Source: a virus (Duplodnaviria > Caudoviricetes). From it: DNA of 64,000 bases. Under the pieces are notes generated by a model, which was not told where the DNA came from, did no database searches, and saw nothing but the letters and a program-made list of their open reading frames with translations. This document shows positions 18,345 to 27,449 of the stretch, piece by piece. Every line of letters starts with the position of its first letter. Within the stretch, counting starts at the first letter, position 1. The position numbers and the translations under genes are program-made. Where the stretch lies: IMG/VR virus record IMGVR_UViG_3300005365_000003, positions 1 through 64,000 of that record. One strand, written 5' to 3'.

Positions 18345-18728
18345 TTAGTGTTGTTTAGAGTGTCTTTTAATTAATTTGAAAGCTTCGTATTGACATTGGT
18401 GTATACCTGAATTATTTGGACCGTCCCAAGGCCCCTCTAATTGTTTTAATGCTATATAGCAGTCTTTTAAACATTCAACCAGCTCATCATAACCGTTTAC
18501 AGCAGTTACAATGCGCTGCGCGTTGGCTGATGCTTCGTATTTTCCGTATTCTCCATCTTGCATTTCTACATTAGCGATTATTTTCCCACCCGCAACTATT
18601 TTAAGGGCGTACGTTGAATATTCTCCCTTTGTATGTTTACTTTCTTTTTCCATAGTGTTTCGCGTTATGCCGCCGCCGCGTTGGTTTGGGTGGTTAGTCT
18701 TTGGTAAAACAATCCTTTTTCCGATCAA
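18345..18728 (-). CDS. Hypothetical protein
   Basis: KHTKGE..EANAQRIVTAVN pattern of phage accessory proteins; true start may be internal. Confidence 0.6.
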   Translation of the reverse strand: MIGKRIVLPKTNHPNQRGGGITRNTMEKESKHTKGEYSTYALKIVAGGKIIANVEMQDGEYGKYEASANAQRIVTAVNGYDELVECLKDCYIALKQLEGPWDGPNNSGIHQCQYEAFKLIKRHSKQH

Positions 18729-18921
18729 TAATGTATGAGTGTTCCGAACCTTCTACCTTTATTCCTAAATAATCAAAAGCATCCATTGCGGCCCATCTTG
18801 CATTTTCATAGGACTTAATATCTCCTTCTTGCTCTGAACGAGATCCAAGTCTAAGAATGTGACCTATTGCTAGGGCTGCAACTTGCTCTGCTTGTTTTTT
18901 GTTGTCAAATTTATCTTTCAT
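18694..18921 (-). CDS. Hypothetical protein
   Basis: ORF in operon. Confidence 0.5.
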   Translation of the reverse strand: MKDKFDNKKQAEQVAALAIGHILRLGSRSEQEGDIKSYENARWAAMDAFDYLGIKVEGSEHSYIIDRKKDCFTKD

Positions 18922-18967
18922 GATTTCTGTTTTTAGTGATTATTGTTTTGATTCGTCCCCTAAGGGC

Positions 18968-19010
18968 GGCGGCAAGGAGGTAATCTTAGCAGATAAACCC
19001 TCCCGCCGCC
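18968..19010 (-). other. GC-rich intergenic hairpin
   Basis: On minus strand ggcggcgggagg..atct-gcta-agat..cctccttgccgcc; no U-tract. Confidence 0.7.
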
Positions 19011-19026
19011 GTGTGCCCGTCTCTAC

Positions 19027-19896
19027 TCAGGCAGTTTTGTTGATGATGATTATACAGGTTGCTATTGTCGTTCCGCTCTCTTTAAACGCTCCGGCTGGTA
19101 CTTCCTCAATGTCTGCCCCTACTTTGTCTAGGAATCTTTTAAATGCAATCTCTTTTTTATTAGTTGAGTGCTGGAAATGTTTTGAGCAAATAGATACTAA
19201 TTTTCCGCCCTTTTTTAGTCTGGCGTACATTTCGGCAATGTGATCAATATCCTGATTCTTGCTGAATGGGGGATTTGCAACGATTCTATCAAAATGTATG
19301 TTTTTTACATTTGTAGATGTATGCGTCCCTTTTGTTATCTGATCCGCTAAAAAATCTTCTCCAAGTATTACACAGTCTTTAATTTTACTCAGAACATTTC
19401 TATTTATGTCCATCAGTTCAAAGGCGTGAACGATTAAAGAGGGACATTTATCTAACAGGGCTTTAACTATTGCCCCCTGTCCGGCTGAGGGCTCTAGCAC
19501 GGTCAAATCTCCGCTTGATATATCAGCCAACGAAACCAAGTATTTTGCTAAGTCTGGCGGAGTGGCAAAGAATTGAAACTCTTTTTTAATATTAACGCTT
19601 TCCCCACCCATTAAACGATTAATATACGGTTCTGCATCGTTAGGGAATACGAAAGAGTTTTTCTTATAAGTTGCTCCGGCATTTAATAACGCTGCGCGAA
19701 TGTCTTTGTAGTTGTCCAGCATTTCAGATGGAAGCCATACGGTATTTCCTCCGTATGTACATTTAGATAATGATTCTTGAAAGGCGTTCATGTTTTCGCG
19801 TGGCTCTATTTGTTTAACTTGTACTGGTTGCACTTTTTCTTTTTTAGCTGGTTTTGTGCGATCCATGTGCTGATTGAATTGTTCTGTTAGGTTCAT
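19027..19896 (-). CDS. N6-adenine DNA methyltransferase (class I SAM, NPPF)
   Basis: QFFATPP, VLEPSAGQGAI, IVANPPF. Confidence 0.85.
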   Translation of the reverse strand: MNLTEQFNQHMDRTKPAKKEKVQPVQVKQIEPRENMNAFQESLSKCTYGGNTVWLPSEMLDNYKDIRAALLNAGATYKKNSFVFPNDAEPYINRLMGGESVNIKKEFQFFATPPDLAKYLVSLADISSGDLTVLEPSAGQGAIVKALLDKCPSLIVHAFELMDINRNVLSKIKDCVILGEDFLADQITKGTHTSTNVKNIHFDRIVANPPFSKNQDIDHIAEMYARLKKGGKLVSICSKHFQHSTNKKEIAFKRFLDKVGADIEEVPAGAFKESGTTIATCIIIINKTA

Positions 19897-19923
19897 AATT
19901 TTGAGTGTTAAAATTGTGGTTGT

Positions 19924-20661
19924 TTATTGAGAATCGCTCATTTCTTCTTTTGTCACATTGGCATCACTTGCCAAATATTCCTTATACTCATCTTCTCCAA
20001 CTGTTCCCAGATAGTTACCTCCTCTAGTGCATATTCTAACAACTCCGGCATGATCTCCAAAACGCTCATCCTCTCTAATTTCAAAAACTTGGTTTAATTT
20101 TTCTTGATTCAATGATTTCATAGCTTCAAATATTTCTCTTGGTTTAACCCCATCTGGACGATCAAAAGTTATTTTAACTTCTCTGTATTTTCCGGGAACT
20201 CCATTGTTATACACTCCGTCTTTCCATCCATTGCCAATTGTTTCCCTTTCCCATTTAATAGAAAAATCCTTTTTAACTTTTCCGGTAAATTCATCTTGTT
20301 TTACTTCATTAATTCCCATAAGTGAATTATACATCTTCTTTTGCTCTGAATTAAGCTTATCAACGCCTCCAATCATTGCAATAAACTTCGCTATCTGCTC
20401 AGGCTTGGAATAGATGGTTACGCCAGTCCATTTAGTATGCCCTTTTTCATCCTGAAACATTACTCCTATATTGGAGTAAGTGGATTTCTTTACAGCATTC
20501 TTTCTTCCGTTCTTCGGATTGATTGTATAGCTGCAAAACCTGTCACCCTTTTTGGGCGTTGTTTCAATCCAATAGAATATTGAAGTTCTAAGTCTGAACC
20601 CATAAGGATAATCTTTTACCTCTAATGGGTTTGCTTCGGTGTAGTTGAGTAGTGGTTTCAT
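19924..20661 (-). CDS. Hypothetical protein (start revised to 20661, MKPLLNY..)
   Basis: Long ORF; DYPYGFRLRT motif; upstream leader shared with the 21425 gene. Confidence 0.7.
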   Translation of the reverse strand: MKPLLNYTEANPLEVKDYPYGFRLRTSIFYWIETTPKKGDRFCSYTINPKNGRKNAVKKSTYSNIGVMFQDEKGHTKWTGVTIYSKPEQIAKFIAMIGGVDKLNSEQKKMYNSLMGINEVKQDEFTGKVKKDFSIKWERETIGNGWKDGVYNNGVPGKYREVKITFDRPDGVKPREIFEAMKSLNQEKLNQVFEIREDERFGDHAGVVRICTRGGNYLGTVGEDEYKEYLASDANVTKEEMSDSQ

Positions 20662-20719
20662 TTGTAGAGAGTTTAATTGGTTGTTGTATACATAGTTTAA
20701 CGGAAGGGGGAGGGGAAAG

Positions 20720-20735
20720 GTTACGTTATTGTAAC
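20720..20735. promoter_or_regulatory. Putative operator GTTAC-N6-GTAAC, copy 1
   Basis: GTTACgttattGTAAC. Confidence 0.6.
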
Positions 20736-20743
20736 AATTATTT

Positions 20744-21127
20744 TTATTTATTATATTGGCTTGATTTTGTAGGGTAAAAAGTGTAAGAATTATAACCGTT
20801 ATTTTTTTCATCAGCTAATCCATTTTTTCTTAATTCCTGATAAACCTCTGAGGTGATAGAAGAATAGCTTTTTTCAACGGTTGGTGAAAATGTCATAGTT
20901 TCATATTTACCGTCTTCAAGTTGGAAAACAACCCTTTCGTTTGTATTGCCATAAAGATTAGCTTCCCATTGCCAGTAAATGATTCTCTCCTCTCTGTTAT
21001 TTGTTTCCGGATATTTTGGTTTATCAAATAAATAATCTTCGCATTTAGATTCATGCGCTCCTCCGGTTTGAATAAGGAAATTATATAGTTTTTGAGCCAG
21101 CGGAGTTAATACTGTTTCTGTTTTCAT
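20744..21127 (-). CDS. Hypothetical protein (start likely 21127, MKTETVL)
   Basis: ORF in operon. Confidence 0.6.
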   Translation of the reverse strand: MKTETVLTPLAQKLYNFLIQTGGAHESKCEDYLFDKPKYPETNNREERIIYWQWEANLYGNTNERVVFQLEDGKYETMTFSPTVEKSYSSITSEVYQELRKNGLADEKNNGYNSYTFYPTKSSQYNK

Positions 21128-21155
21128 TTTGTAGAGATTAGATGATAAATTTTTA

Positions 21156-21425
21156 TTATATTTTTGTGAATTTTGAAAATCCAATATATTTTACGTGAGT
21201 TACTTTTTCCTCCTCCTTTAAATGATAGAAATTACCCCTATCAACAAATACAATTTTACCACTATTGAGTTTTATTTCAGCTCCTGTGTGTGCTGAAATA
21301 TAAAACCCGCTTACTTCTGATCCATCAGCATGGAATAAATGATACTTACTTCCATCTAATGAAGTGTATAAGTGAGTAGTTAATCCTGTTTCGGTATCTG
21401 TGTATGTTCTTTTTGTTTTTGTCAT
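21156..21425 (-). CDS. Hypothetical protein
   Basis: ORF behind the shared leader motif. Confidence 0.6.
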   Translation of the reverse strand: MTKTKRTYTDTETGLTTHLYTSLDGSKYHLFHADGSEVSGFYISAHTGAEIKLNSGKIVFVDRGNFYHLKEEEKVTHVKYIGFSKFTKI

Positions 21426-21481
21426 TGGCGTAGAGAGTTATTGTTTATATATACCACTATAACGATAAGACTTTGATAAAG

Positions 21482-21497
21482 GTTACAATAATGTAAC
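21482..21497. promoter_or_regulatory. Putative operator GTTAC-N6-GTAAC, copy 2
   Basis: GTTACaataatGTAAC. Confidence 0.6.
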
Positions 21498-21551
21498 AAA
21501 TAATTTCATTTGTTTAATATTATAAAGATTTACAAGCATTTAAAGTAAAAT

Positions 21552-21755
21552 TTATTCCGGGGCGCACCAAATGATATGCTTTAATTTGCACTTATATCCT
21601 AGTTTGCTTAAAATTTGCTCTTGTTTATATTCGTTAAGTTGTCCTTGTTTGTACCTGTGCCTCCACTGCCTGAAAGTATTATATTCAATATCATCATCAA
21701 AATCTTTCCGCTTCATCTCAGCAAAGCAGTGTGTTATGGCTTCGTTTGTTGTCAT
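21552..21755 (-). CDS. Small putative HTH regulator (start revised to 21755)
   Basis: MTTNEAIT..IEYNTFRQWRHRYKQG..EQILSKLGY; own promoter at 21776-21783. Confidence 0.5.
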   Translation of the reverse strand: MTTNEAITHCFAEMKRKDFDDDIEYNTFRQWRHRYKQGQLNEYKQEQILSKLGYKCKLKHIIWCAPE

Positions 21756-21771
21756 AGTTATGTAACTTAAT

Positions 21772-21863
21772 GTTACAAAGATATTAAAATGTAGTCCACT
21801 TGATATATACGCAAATAATTTATTTATGTTACACCATATCAGAATAATTAATATCTTTGTCAC
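21772..21863. promoter_or_regulatory. Divergent promoter pair forming a 16-bp inverted repeat
   Basis: gttacaaagatattaa (21772-21787) vs ttaatatctttgtcac (21848-21863), 15/16 match, each containing TATCTTTG. Confidence 0.7.
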
Positions 21864-21956
21864 ATGAAACAGTTTCTAAGGCTTTACCTCCGCGTGTTCT
21901 CCCTAAAATAATAGGTGCAGTCCTCGCAGGGTAAGGCTATGCGGTAAAAAGATAAA

Positions 21957-22136
21957 ATGACATTAGGAATAGATAAGCTAACTAATGATGAATTACTAAA
22001 GGTAGTTATTGCGTGTGCTGAAATGGCGCAAACATCCATTGCGCAAGTAGCAGAAAAACTTGAAAAAAAAGATTTAGAACGGTTAGTAAATACTATAGTA
22101 AGACACAAAGAGCTTTGGAGCTCAAAACCAAAGTAA
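21957..22136 (+). CDS. Small hypothetical protein (59 aa), not in ORF track
   Basis: MTLGIDKLTNDELLKVVIAC.. Confidence 0.55.
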   Translation: MTLGIDKLTNDELLKVVIACAEMAQTSIAQVAEKLEKKDLERLVNTIVRHKELWSSKPK

Positions 22137-22162
22137 ACACACGCCCACTTATATTTTAATAA

Positions 22163-22384
22163 ATGCCAAACAAACCTTACTTAATAAGATTTAATTCCAG
22201 GGAAATAGCTGGTAAATTTTACATGTCTGATGGAAGAGAGATAAACACAGGCATTTATGAGAAATATATTAATCATATTTGTGATTTAACGCTAGAAGAG
22301 CAAGATATTTTATTTGAGGAGTATATAGAAAATGAAGAGCGTATTAACAGGATCACTGAAAACATATTTAATCTATTAAAATGA
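22163..22384 (+). CDS. Hypothetical protein
   Basis: ORF in operon. Confidence 0.55.
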   Translation: MPNKPYLIRFNSREIAGKFYMSDGREINTGIYEKYINHICDLTLEEQDILFEEYIENEERINRITENIFNLLK

Positions 22385-22602
22385 GCGAAAGATCCGACAA
22401 AGCCGACCTATTAGCCCAAAACATTAAGTCCACTTGCAGCAAATTACAGCAAGAAATGGAAGACAAGCCTTATATAAGGCCAGGTAAAGGCGAAACAAAG
22501 ATTTGGAGTAATTTAGCTGATTTAAAGGATTTGTTACCTGAAAACAAAAAGACAGGATATGCGCACTTTACTGAAGAAGATGACGGATTCTATGATTTAT
22601 AG
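22381..22602 (+). CDS. Hypothetical protein
   Basis: ATGA overlap. Confidence 0.55.
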   Translation: MSERSDKADLLAQNIKSTCSKLQQEMEDKPYIRPGKGETKIWSNLADLKDLLPENKKTGYAHFTEEDDGFYDL

Positions 22603-22890
22603 CTAAACCACAGCAAACACACGTCCGCGACACAAATAATTTAACTGCCAACCAAAACACGAAGCCCATTTGACACCAAAACCAAAGACTAAAAAGGCAG
22701 CCAAACGCAAATCAAAGGTTTGGTACAGAGTCAAACAACTAAGAGCATTACTCAAATACATGGGTAAATAGGCTTTATACTCAACACATAGGCAGAATAG
22801 CCTCCAACCATTAGACGTAAAACGAGATAAAACATAGAGAATAAGCATTAAATGCAATTGTATAGACGTTAAAGTTGCTATATTTGCGCA

Positions 22891-23094
22891 ATGACAACAC
22901 GAAAAGGCTATCTATTTAAGAAAGGCGATAAAGTATTGCCATTAGTATATCTATCACTTAAAGCCATTTGCCAGGAATATGGACTAAACTATTACAGCGC
23001 AGTAAGAGGTAAGCGGACATTTCCTATGAGGGGCGAGATAATGGAGGTTGTGATACACGGATATGGTAAGCGCGGCAAATCATTTGGCAGATAA
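22891..23094 (+). CDS. Small putative DNA-binding protein, probably leaderless
   Basis: TATATTTG at 22879-22886; SLKAICQEYGLNYYSAVRG. Confidence 0.55.
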   Translation: MTTRKGYLFKKGDKVLPLVYLSLKAICQEYGLNYYSAVRGKRTFPMRGEIMEVVIHGYGKRGKSFGR

Positions 23095-23126
23095 ATACGT
23101 ACCTGTCAGTCCACTTGGATCCAAAA

Positions 23127-23462
23127 TTAAATACCCTTCTTAGTAACACCAAACGCATTACTAACAGGAACAGCAGGCATTAACAGCAAGTCTTCCAAAG
23201 TATATCCGAAAGACAGGGCAAGCTTAGACAATATAGAAATTCCACAGAATTTAGTCTTTCCGTTGCAAATGTTATAGGCGAACGTACAGGAGCATCCAGC
23301 ACGTTTTGCAATGAATGGATAACTTAGACCCTTTTCATCCTTTAAACGCTTTATATGATTGCCTATCAGGCTAATTATAGCCATATTACTTCGCTCTATC
23401 AATTCCTCCGTGAAAGGGAGATGGGAGTAGGATCCGGAGGCAGGGATGCGGTAATTCCTCAT
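23127..23462 (-). CDS. XRE/Cro-C1 HTH regulator
   Basis: IKRLKDEKGLSYPFIAKRAGCS..YNICNGK..LSKLALSFGYTLEDLL; minus-strand TACCTTTG at 23470-23477. Confidence 0.8.
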   Translation of the reverse strand: MRNYRIPASGSYSHLPFTEELIERSNMAIISLIGNHIKRLKDEKGLSYPFIAKRAGCSCTFAYNICNGKTKFCGISILSKLALSFGYTLEDLLLMPAVPVSNAFGVTKKGI

Positions 23463-23479
23463 AACAAAGCAAAGGTACA

Positions 23480-23919
23480 AAGTTTTTTATTCAACAAAAC
23501 ATAATTTTTCTCGTTATTTAGTCAAAACATGGCTCCACGGCCAGCACTAACAGATCCTAATTAGCTTAACAAATAAATTTGTTCTATAATTTACATTATA
23601 TTAAATTGTTTAACTATTTGCGTAGGAATTAATCACTTACAAAGCACGCTTTCTATTACAACTCATTACAAAGCTAATACGACACTTTCCCTTTGAGTGG
23701 AATAACAGTACGTTAGTAAAATTATAATTGATTAAACGCGAATTGTGAGAAGATTATTTTCGCGTATTCCTGACTAAAATCTCTCATATCTGCCAGACTT
23801 GAAAAACTACTTTCAGTTTTGATGCCACCCGGTCGAAATTTTCGCGTTTTCCTTTGGCGCGCATACCCCATTCGCTATAGGCGTTATCCCCACCCATCCC
23901 CCGCACGATCCACTTATAT
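23480..23919. other. Long non-coding gap, AT-rich grading into GC-rich; possible terminus/packaging or origin region
   Basis: No ORF of 60 aa or more in track; acgcgaa..ttcgcgt inverted repeat, second ttttcgcgt, C-runs. Confidence 0.4.
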
Positions 23920-24219
23920 CTAACTCATTTCCGCCACCCACTTTCCAACCAGCTCGTCTATCTTCTCCACGCTAAACGGGTGTATTCCGAGTGACTGTCC
24001 GCAGCAACCTACTGTGCAGTGGCAAATATAAAGCCCCATGCTGTTATACGGATCGGGATTGATTAGTACACCTATCTCTGCTGTAAGATTTGACTTACCG
24101 ACAGGTGTTTTTATGAATTTGCTGTAATATACACCACCTGACTGTTTGACAAACATGGGTCTGAAGCTCCATAGGATAGTTTCTGGTTTATACCCTGCTT
24201 GTTTTAACTGTTTTATCAT
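23920..24219 (-). CDS. Hypothetical protein
   Basis: ORF in minus operon. Confidence 0.55.
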   Translation of the reverse strand: MIKQLKQAGYKPETILWSFRPMFVKQSGGVYYSKFIKTPVGKSNLTAEIGVLINPDPYNSMGLYICHCTVGCCGQSLGIHPFSVEKIDELVGKWVAEMS

Positions 24220-24608
24220 TTAAAGATTTTATCATCAATCAGTTGGCTGTAAGCTTTCATAATAACTTCGCTTTTTGACAGAATCACGGTGTAGATGTCT
24301 TCTCCCAGGTATCTGACTTGATGAAAGGTAACTTTAATATCAGTGTTGTTGTCATCTATTGACTCGATTATGGCTTTAAGATGTGATATAGAGAATGGTT
24401 GCTTTTTTGGAACAAGTGGACTCATGGGCAGTTTCTTCTCTTCAAACCACTGAGGATTATTCTCTACAAGATTAGATGAATAGCTTTTAAATGGGTTATC
24501 TTCATGAAAATAATATCTGCCATTATCTTCATCTAATTTTTTTAGTTCAGCTCCAGCTTTAATATCCGGCAGGTCTTTCTTGAGGATGTAGGTCTTTGGC
24601 TGTGTCAT
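24216..24608 (-). CDS. Hypothetical protein
   Basis: YILKKDLPDIKAG..NNPQWFEE. Confidence 0.65.
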   Translation of the reverse strand: MTQPKTYILKKDLPDIKAGAELKKLDEDNGRYYFHEDNPFKSYSSNLVENNPQWFEEKKLPMSPLVPKKQPFSISHLKAIIESIDDNNTDIKVTFHQVRYLGEDIYTVILSKSEVIMKAYSQLIDDKIFK

Positions 24609-24910
24609 TGGCTTGATGCTGTAATAGGTTTGTTAAAGTCTGTTTTTAAGTTTGTTGGAATATCGCAATCTTTCAGTCTGTCATTTACAATAGGCTTCAC
24701 ATCCCTCACATTCACCCCATCCGTCATATCCTGGCAGGCGTTGAGATCGCAAGAATTGTAATGTCGGATCCGACCCTCAGCTTCAAGTATTATTGTGAAT
24801 ATGTAATTATCATGCGCAAATGGCTCTACGCACAGCACTCTTCCGCGTCCATGCGGAGTGTTGACCCATAGCTTTAGTTCGGAGGGGAGGAATGAGATGG
24901 CGGAACTCAT
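24605..24910 (-). CDS. Hypothetical protein
   Basis: VNTPHGRG.. Confidence 0.6.
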   Translation of the reverse strand: MSSAISFLPSELKLWVNTPHGRGRVLCVEPFAHDNYIFTIILEAEGRIRHYNSCDLNACQDMTDGVNVRDVKPIVNDRLKDCDIPTNLKTDFNKPITASSQ

Positions 24911-25222
24911 GGATTTAGTTTTTTAATAAGTCTGTCAATAACAATATAGGCCATGTGTTCACACGAGGTTTTGTCGTGTTCTCCGAAATAGGATCTGATT
25001 AGTTTAAGATCCTTTATCTCCTGTGGAGTTATTTCAATTGTTATTTTCATGCCCTTTAAATTAAGTCAACACCAAACAATCTTAGCCTTACAGAGTATGT
25101 TAATATGATTTTACCGGAAAGACCGTTACGCCTTGAGAATAAGCAATTGTCGGCTTTTCTTATACTGATCCAGTTTTTAATATATGTATTATCGCGCATT
25201 AAATCGCAGTGTTTTGCTGGTT

Positions 25223-25459
25223 TCATTTTGCTTTCCTGCCTTTTTCAATAAACTCCATAACTATCCTTGATCTTAGGTCAAGGAGTTGCCGATTGGAGGA
25301 GTAGTTTATGTTTGTTATATTGGTTTCGGATTCGGCAAGTGGACGTGAGGATGCTGATGCAATGGATCTAGTTTCATCATACTTGCACTTACATGGATGC
25401 CTGTAGCATTTATCACAAAAGCCGATGTATTTGTTGTTATTATTGCTACTTTGAATCAT
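25223..25459 (-). CDS. Hypothetical protein
   Basis: CDKCYRHPCKC. Confidence 0.5.
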   Translation of the reverse strand: MIQSSNNNNKYIGFCDKCYRHPCKCKYDETRSIASASSRPLAESETNITNINYSSNRQLLDLRSRIVMEFIEKGRKAK

Positions 25460-25466
25460 TATAAAA

Positions 25467-25997
25467 TTATTTTACATACCAACTGCCACTACAATTTCTG
25501 CTTACTGCATAATCTTTATTGCATTCACAGCAATGATAACTATATGTACCTGTGGCACAATTAGGATTTGTATTGTTTCCATTCTGGTCATAAACTGGTG
25601 GATAGTAAGATAGTGTTACGATGCCTCCACCTAAAAATCTTCTTGTAGTTGCTTCTTTGCAGAAAGGGCATATAGGGATATTGTTAGCGTATGTTACAGT
25701 ATCATCATCATTATTACCATGAACTAGCGTAACATATTTTGAAACAATAAAAGGATACAACCAATATGTAGGATTTTTTTCAAAATCATATTCTGCAAGT
25801 CTATGTCTAAATATCATATTGTCTGTGTAGGAGCCTGATTCTTTAGACGTATTTGCGTAAATTATGTGTGTATCTTCTTCCGGAACATATATTCTCGAAA
25901 TTTCACATGAATCTAAAAAATAAGTTTCGTAATTTTTAATAAACTGAGCGTGAGCAGATAATTGAAATAAGCAAAAAATAAATAATAATTTTTTCAT
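25467..25997 (-). CDS. Signal-peptide protein with C-terminal Cys cluster
   Basis: MKKLLFIFCLFQLSAHA|Q; CPFC..HCCEC. Confidence 0.65.
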   Translation of the reverse strand: MKKLLFIFCLFQLSAHAQFIKNYETYFLDSCEISRIYVPEEDTHIIYANTSKESGSYTDNMIFRHRLAEYDFEKNPTYWLYPFIVSKYVTLVHGNNDDDTVTYANNIPICPFCKEATTRRFLGGGIVTLSYYPPVYDQNGNNTNPNCATGTYSYHCCECNKDYAVSRNCSGSWYVK

Positions 25998-26242
25998 ATT
26001 TTTTTTAATCCAAAAATGAAATCAGTATGTATTTCAGGTATTTTATCATGTACAATTTGTGCAATATAACATGCCGAAAGAAAAGTATTAAGACCAGGAA
26101 TAAATATTACAATTACTGCACACAGTCCAGGCTTATCATATTTCCAAAGTCCTGTTTCGTATTCTTTTTTAACATCTAAATATCCACCTATTAAAGATAA
26201 TAAATAGATGCTCCAACAAATAAATACGTGTTTATTTTTCAT
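25994..26242 (-). CDS. Small membrane protein
   Basis: Two hydrophobic segments. Confidence 0.55.
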   Translation of the reverse strand: MKNKHVFICWSIYLLSLIGGYLDVKKEYETGLWKYDKPGLCAVIVIFIPGLNTFLSACYIAQIVHDKIPEIHTDFIFGLKKI

Positions 26243-26250
26243 GATTACTT

Positions 26251-26544
26251 TTATATGTTGGGATTTTGACTTACCATCTCCATCTGTTCCTCACTATACC
26301 AGGATCCATATTTTTGAAGCGAGTATCTGTGGACACCTTGAGTAGTTGTCATTCCGCATACAATATCAACCTTGCCAACAAGTTTTGATTGCAAGTCAAA
26401 CCACCACATATTCTCATCTTCGGCTATTAATGGGAGCTTCATCTTCGGTTCGCCCGAATGTTTATTTTGCCAAATAGGATGACCATATTTAACAATCTTA
26501 ATCTTATCTCCTATACCGTATAGTGGTGGTTGTTCGCTGCTCAT
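26251..26544 (-). CDS. Hypothetical protein
   Basis: YGIGDKIKIVKYGH. Confidence 0.6.
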   Translation of the reverse strand: MSSEQPPLYGIGDKIKIVKYGHPIWQNKHSGEPKMKLPLIAEDENMWWFDLQSKLVGKVDIVCGMTTTQGVHRYSLQKYGSWYSEEQMEMVSQNPNI

Positions 26545-27020
26545 TTTGTATTTTCTTCTTTGTATTTGGCGTAGAGTTGTTCTGTAGTTAATAAATAAAT
26601 ACCTGTACTTCCTCCACTACCAGCAGGAGGGTGAGCAGTAATCTTATCTGTTGGACTTAATTTGCCTATCCACTCCGCAAACCCCACCGCCTCCTCTTTC
26701 GCCTGTTGCTGCTTTTTGGCGAGGAGAGTAACACCTATTTCTTTTAAATCATTTATCCCTTTCTCGTAAGAATCCAAATCATACAATAGATACTCTCTGG
26801 GGTCCAAAAAATTAATCAAATATCTACCACTCGGCAACTCCTCCCCCGCTACTTCCGCCAGCTTGTCGGCGTGGTAGGCTTTGTTTTCTGATTGAACGTA
26901 TCTCGTTAATTTATTAATTGCCAGTATCCTGTCAAAGCCTTCTGCTTTAAATTTAAAATCTGTGCATTCATCTAAAATTTCCAATAATTCTTTTTCTATT
27001 TCTTCAAAGGTTTTTTTCAT
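26541..27020 (-). CDS. Hypothetical protein
   Basis: ORF in operon. Confidence 0.6.
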   Translation of the reverse strand: MKKTFEEIEKELLEILDECTDFKFKAEGFDRILAINKLTRYVQSENKAYHADKLAEVAGEELPSGRYLINFLDPREYLLYDLDSYEKGINDLKEIGVTLLAKKQQQAKEEAVGFAEWIGKLSPTDKITAHPPAGSGGSTGIYLLTTEQLYAKYKEENTK

Positions 27021-27035
27021 TGAGGTTTCTGATTA

Positions 27036-27449
27036 TTATGTTAATTGCAATATTTTTTTGAGTTCAATAGCAGCGGTAATAAATTGTGACTTAAAACTTT
27101 CCCAATTAATTCTAGTGACTGTATATGCTTCTCGTTTAGTATATTCAGATACGATAAACAAACCATATCCTGTCGCTTCTAATTTTTCAGGATACTTTTC
27201 TTCATATGTAGGAATTTGTATCTGAATAGCCCTTCGTTCTTCACCTTGTTTTGTTCTTAAAAAAATCGCCAAGCGATACGGTTCTATTATTGAACACCAT
27301 GCATCCAATCCATAAGGTTTTAAATCAAAATTATTACACATAGCAAGCTGTTCAATAGGCACTTCATTTAACATCATGTTTCCGCTCAATATTTCTTCCG
27401 GCTTCTTTTTCATTTGGGTTGTTGTTTGTTGTGAATTAATCCTCCCCAT
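27036..27449 (-). CDS. Hypothetical protein (start probably MKKKPEE)
   Basis: ORF in operon. Confidence 0.55.
   Translation of the reverse strand: MGRINSQQTTTQMKKKPEEILSGNMMLNEVPIEQLAMCNNFDLKPYGLDAWCSIIEPYRLAIFLRTKQGEERRAIQIQIPTYEEKYPEKLEATGYGLFIVSEYTKREAYTVTRINWESFKSQFITAAIELKKILQLT

Noticed and set aside
20662-20811. N-terminal extension of the 19924..20811 ORF
   Set aside because: Overlaps the upstream gene and the operator/leader module; the start at 20661 fits the shared leader
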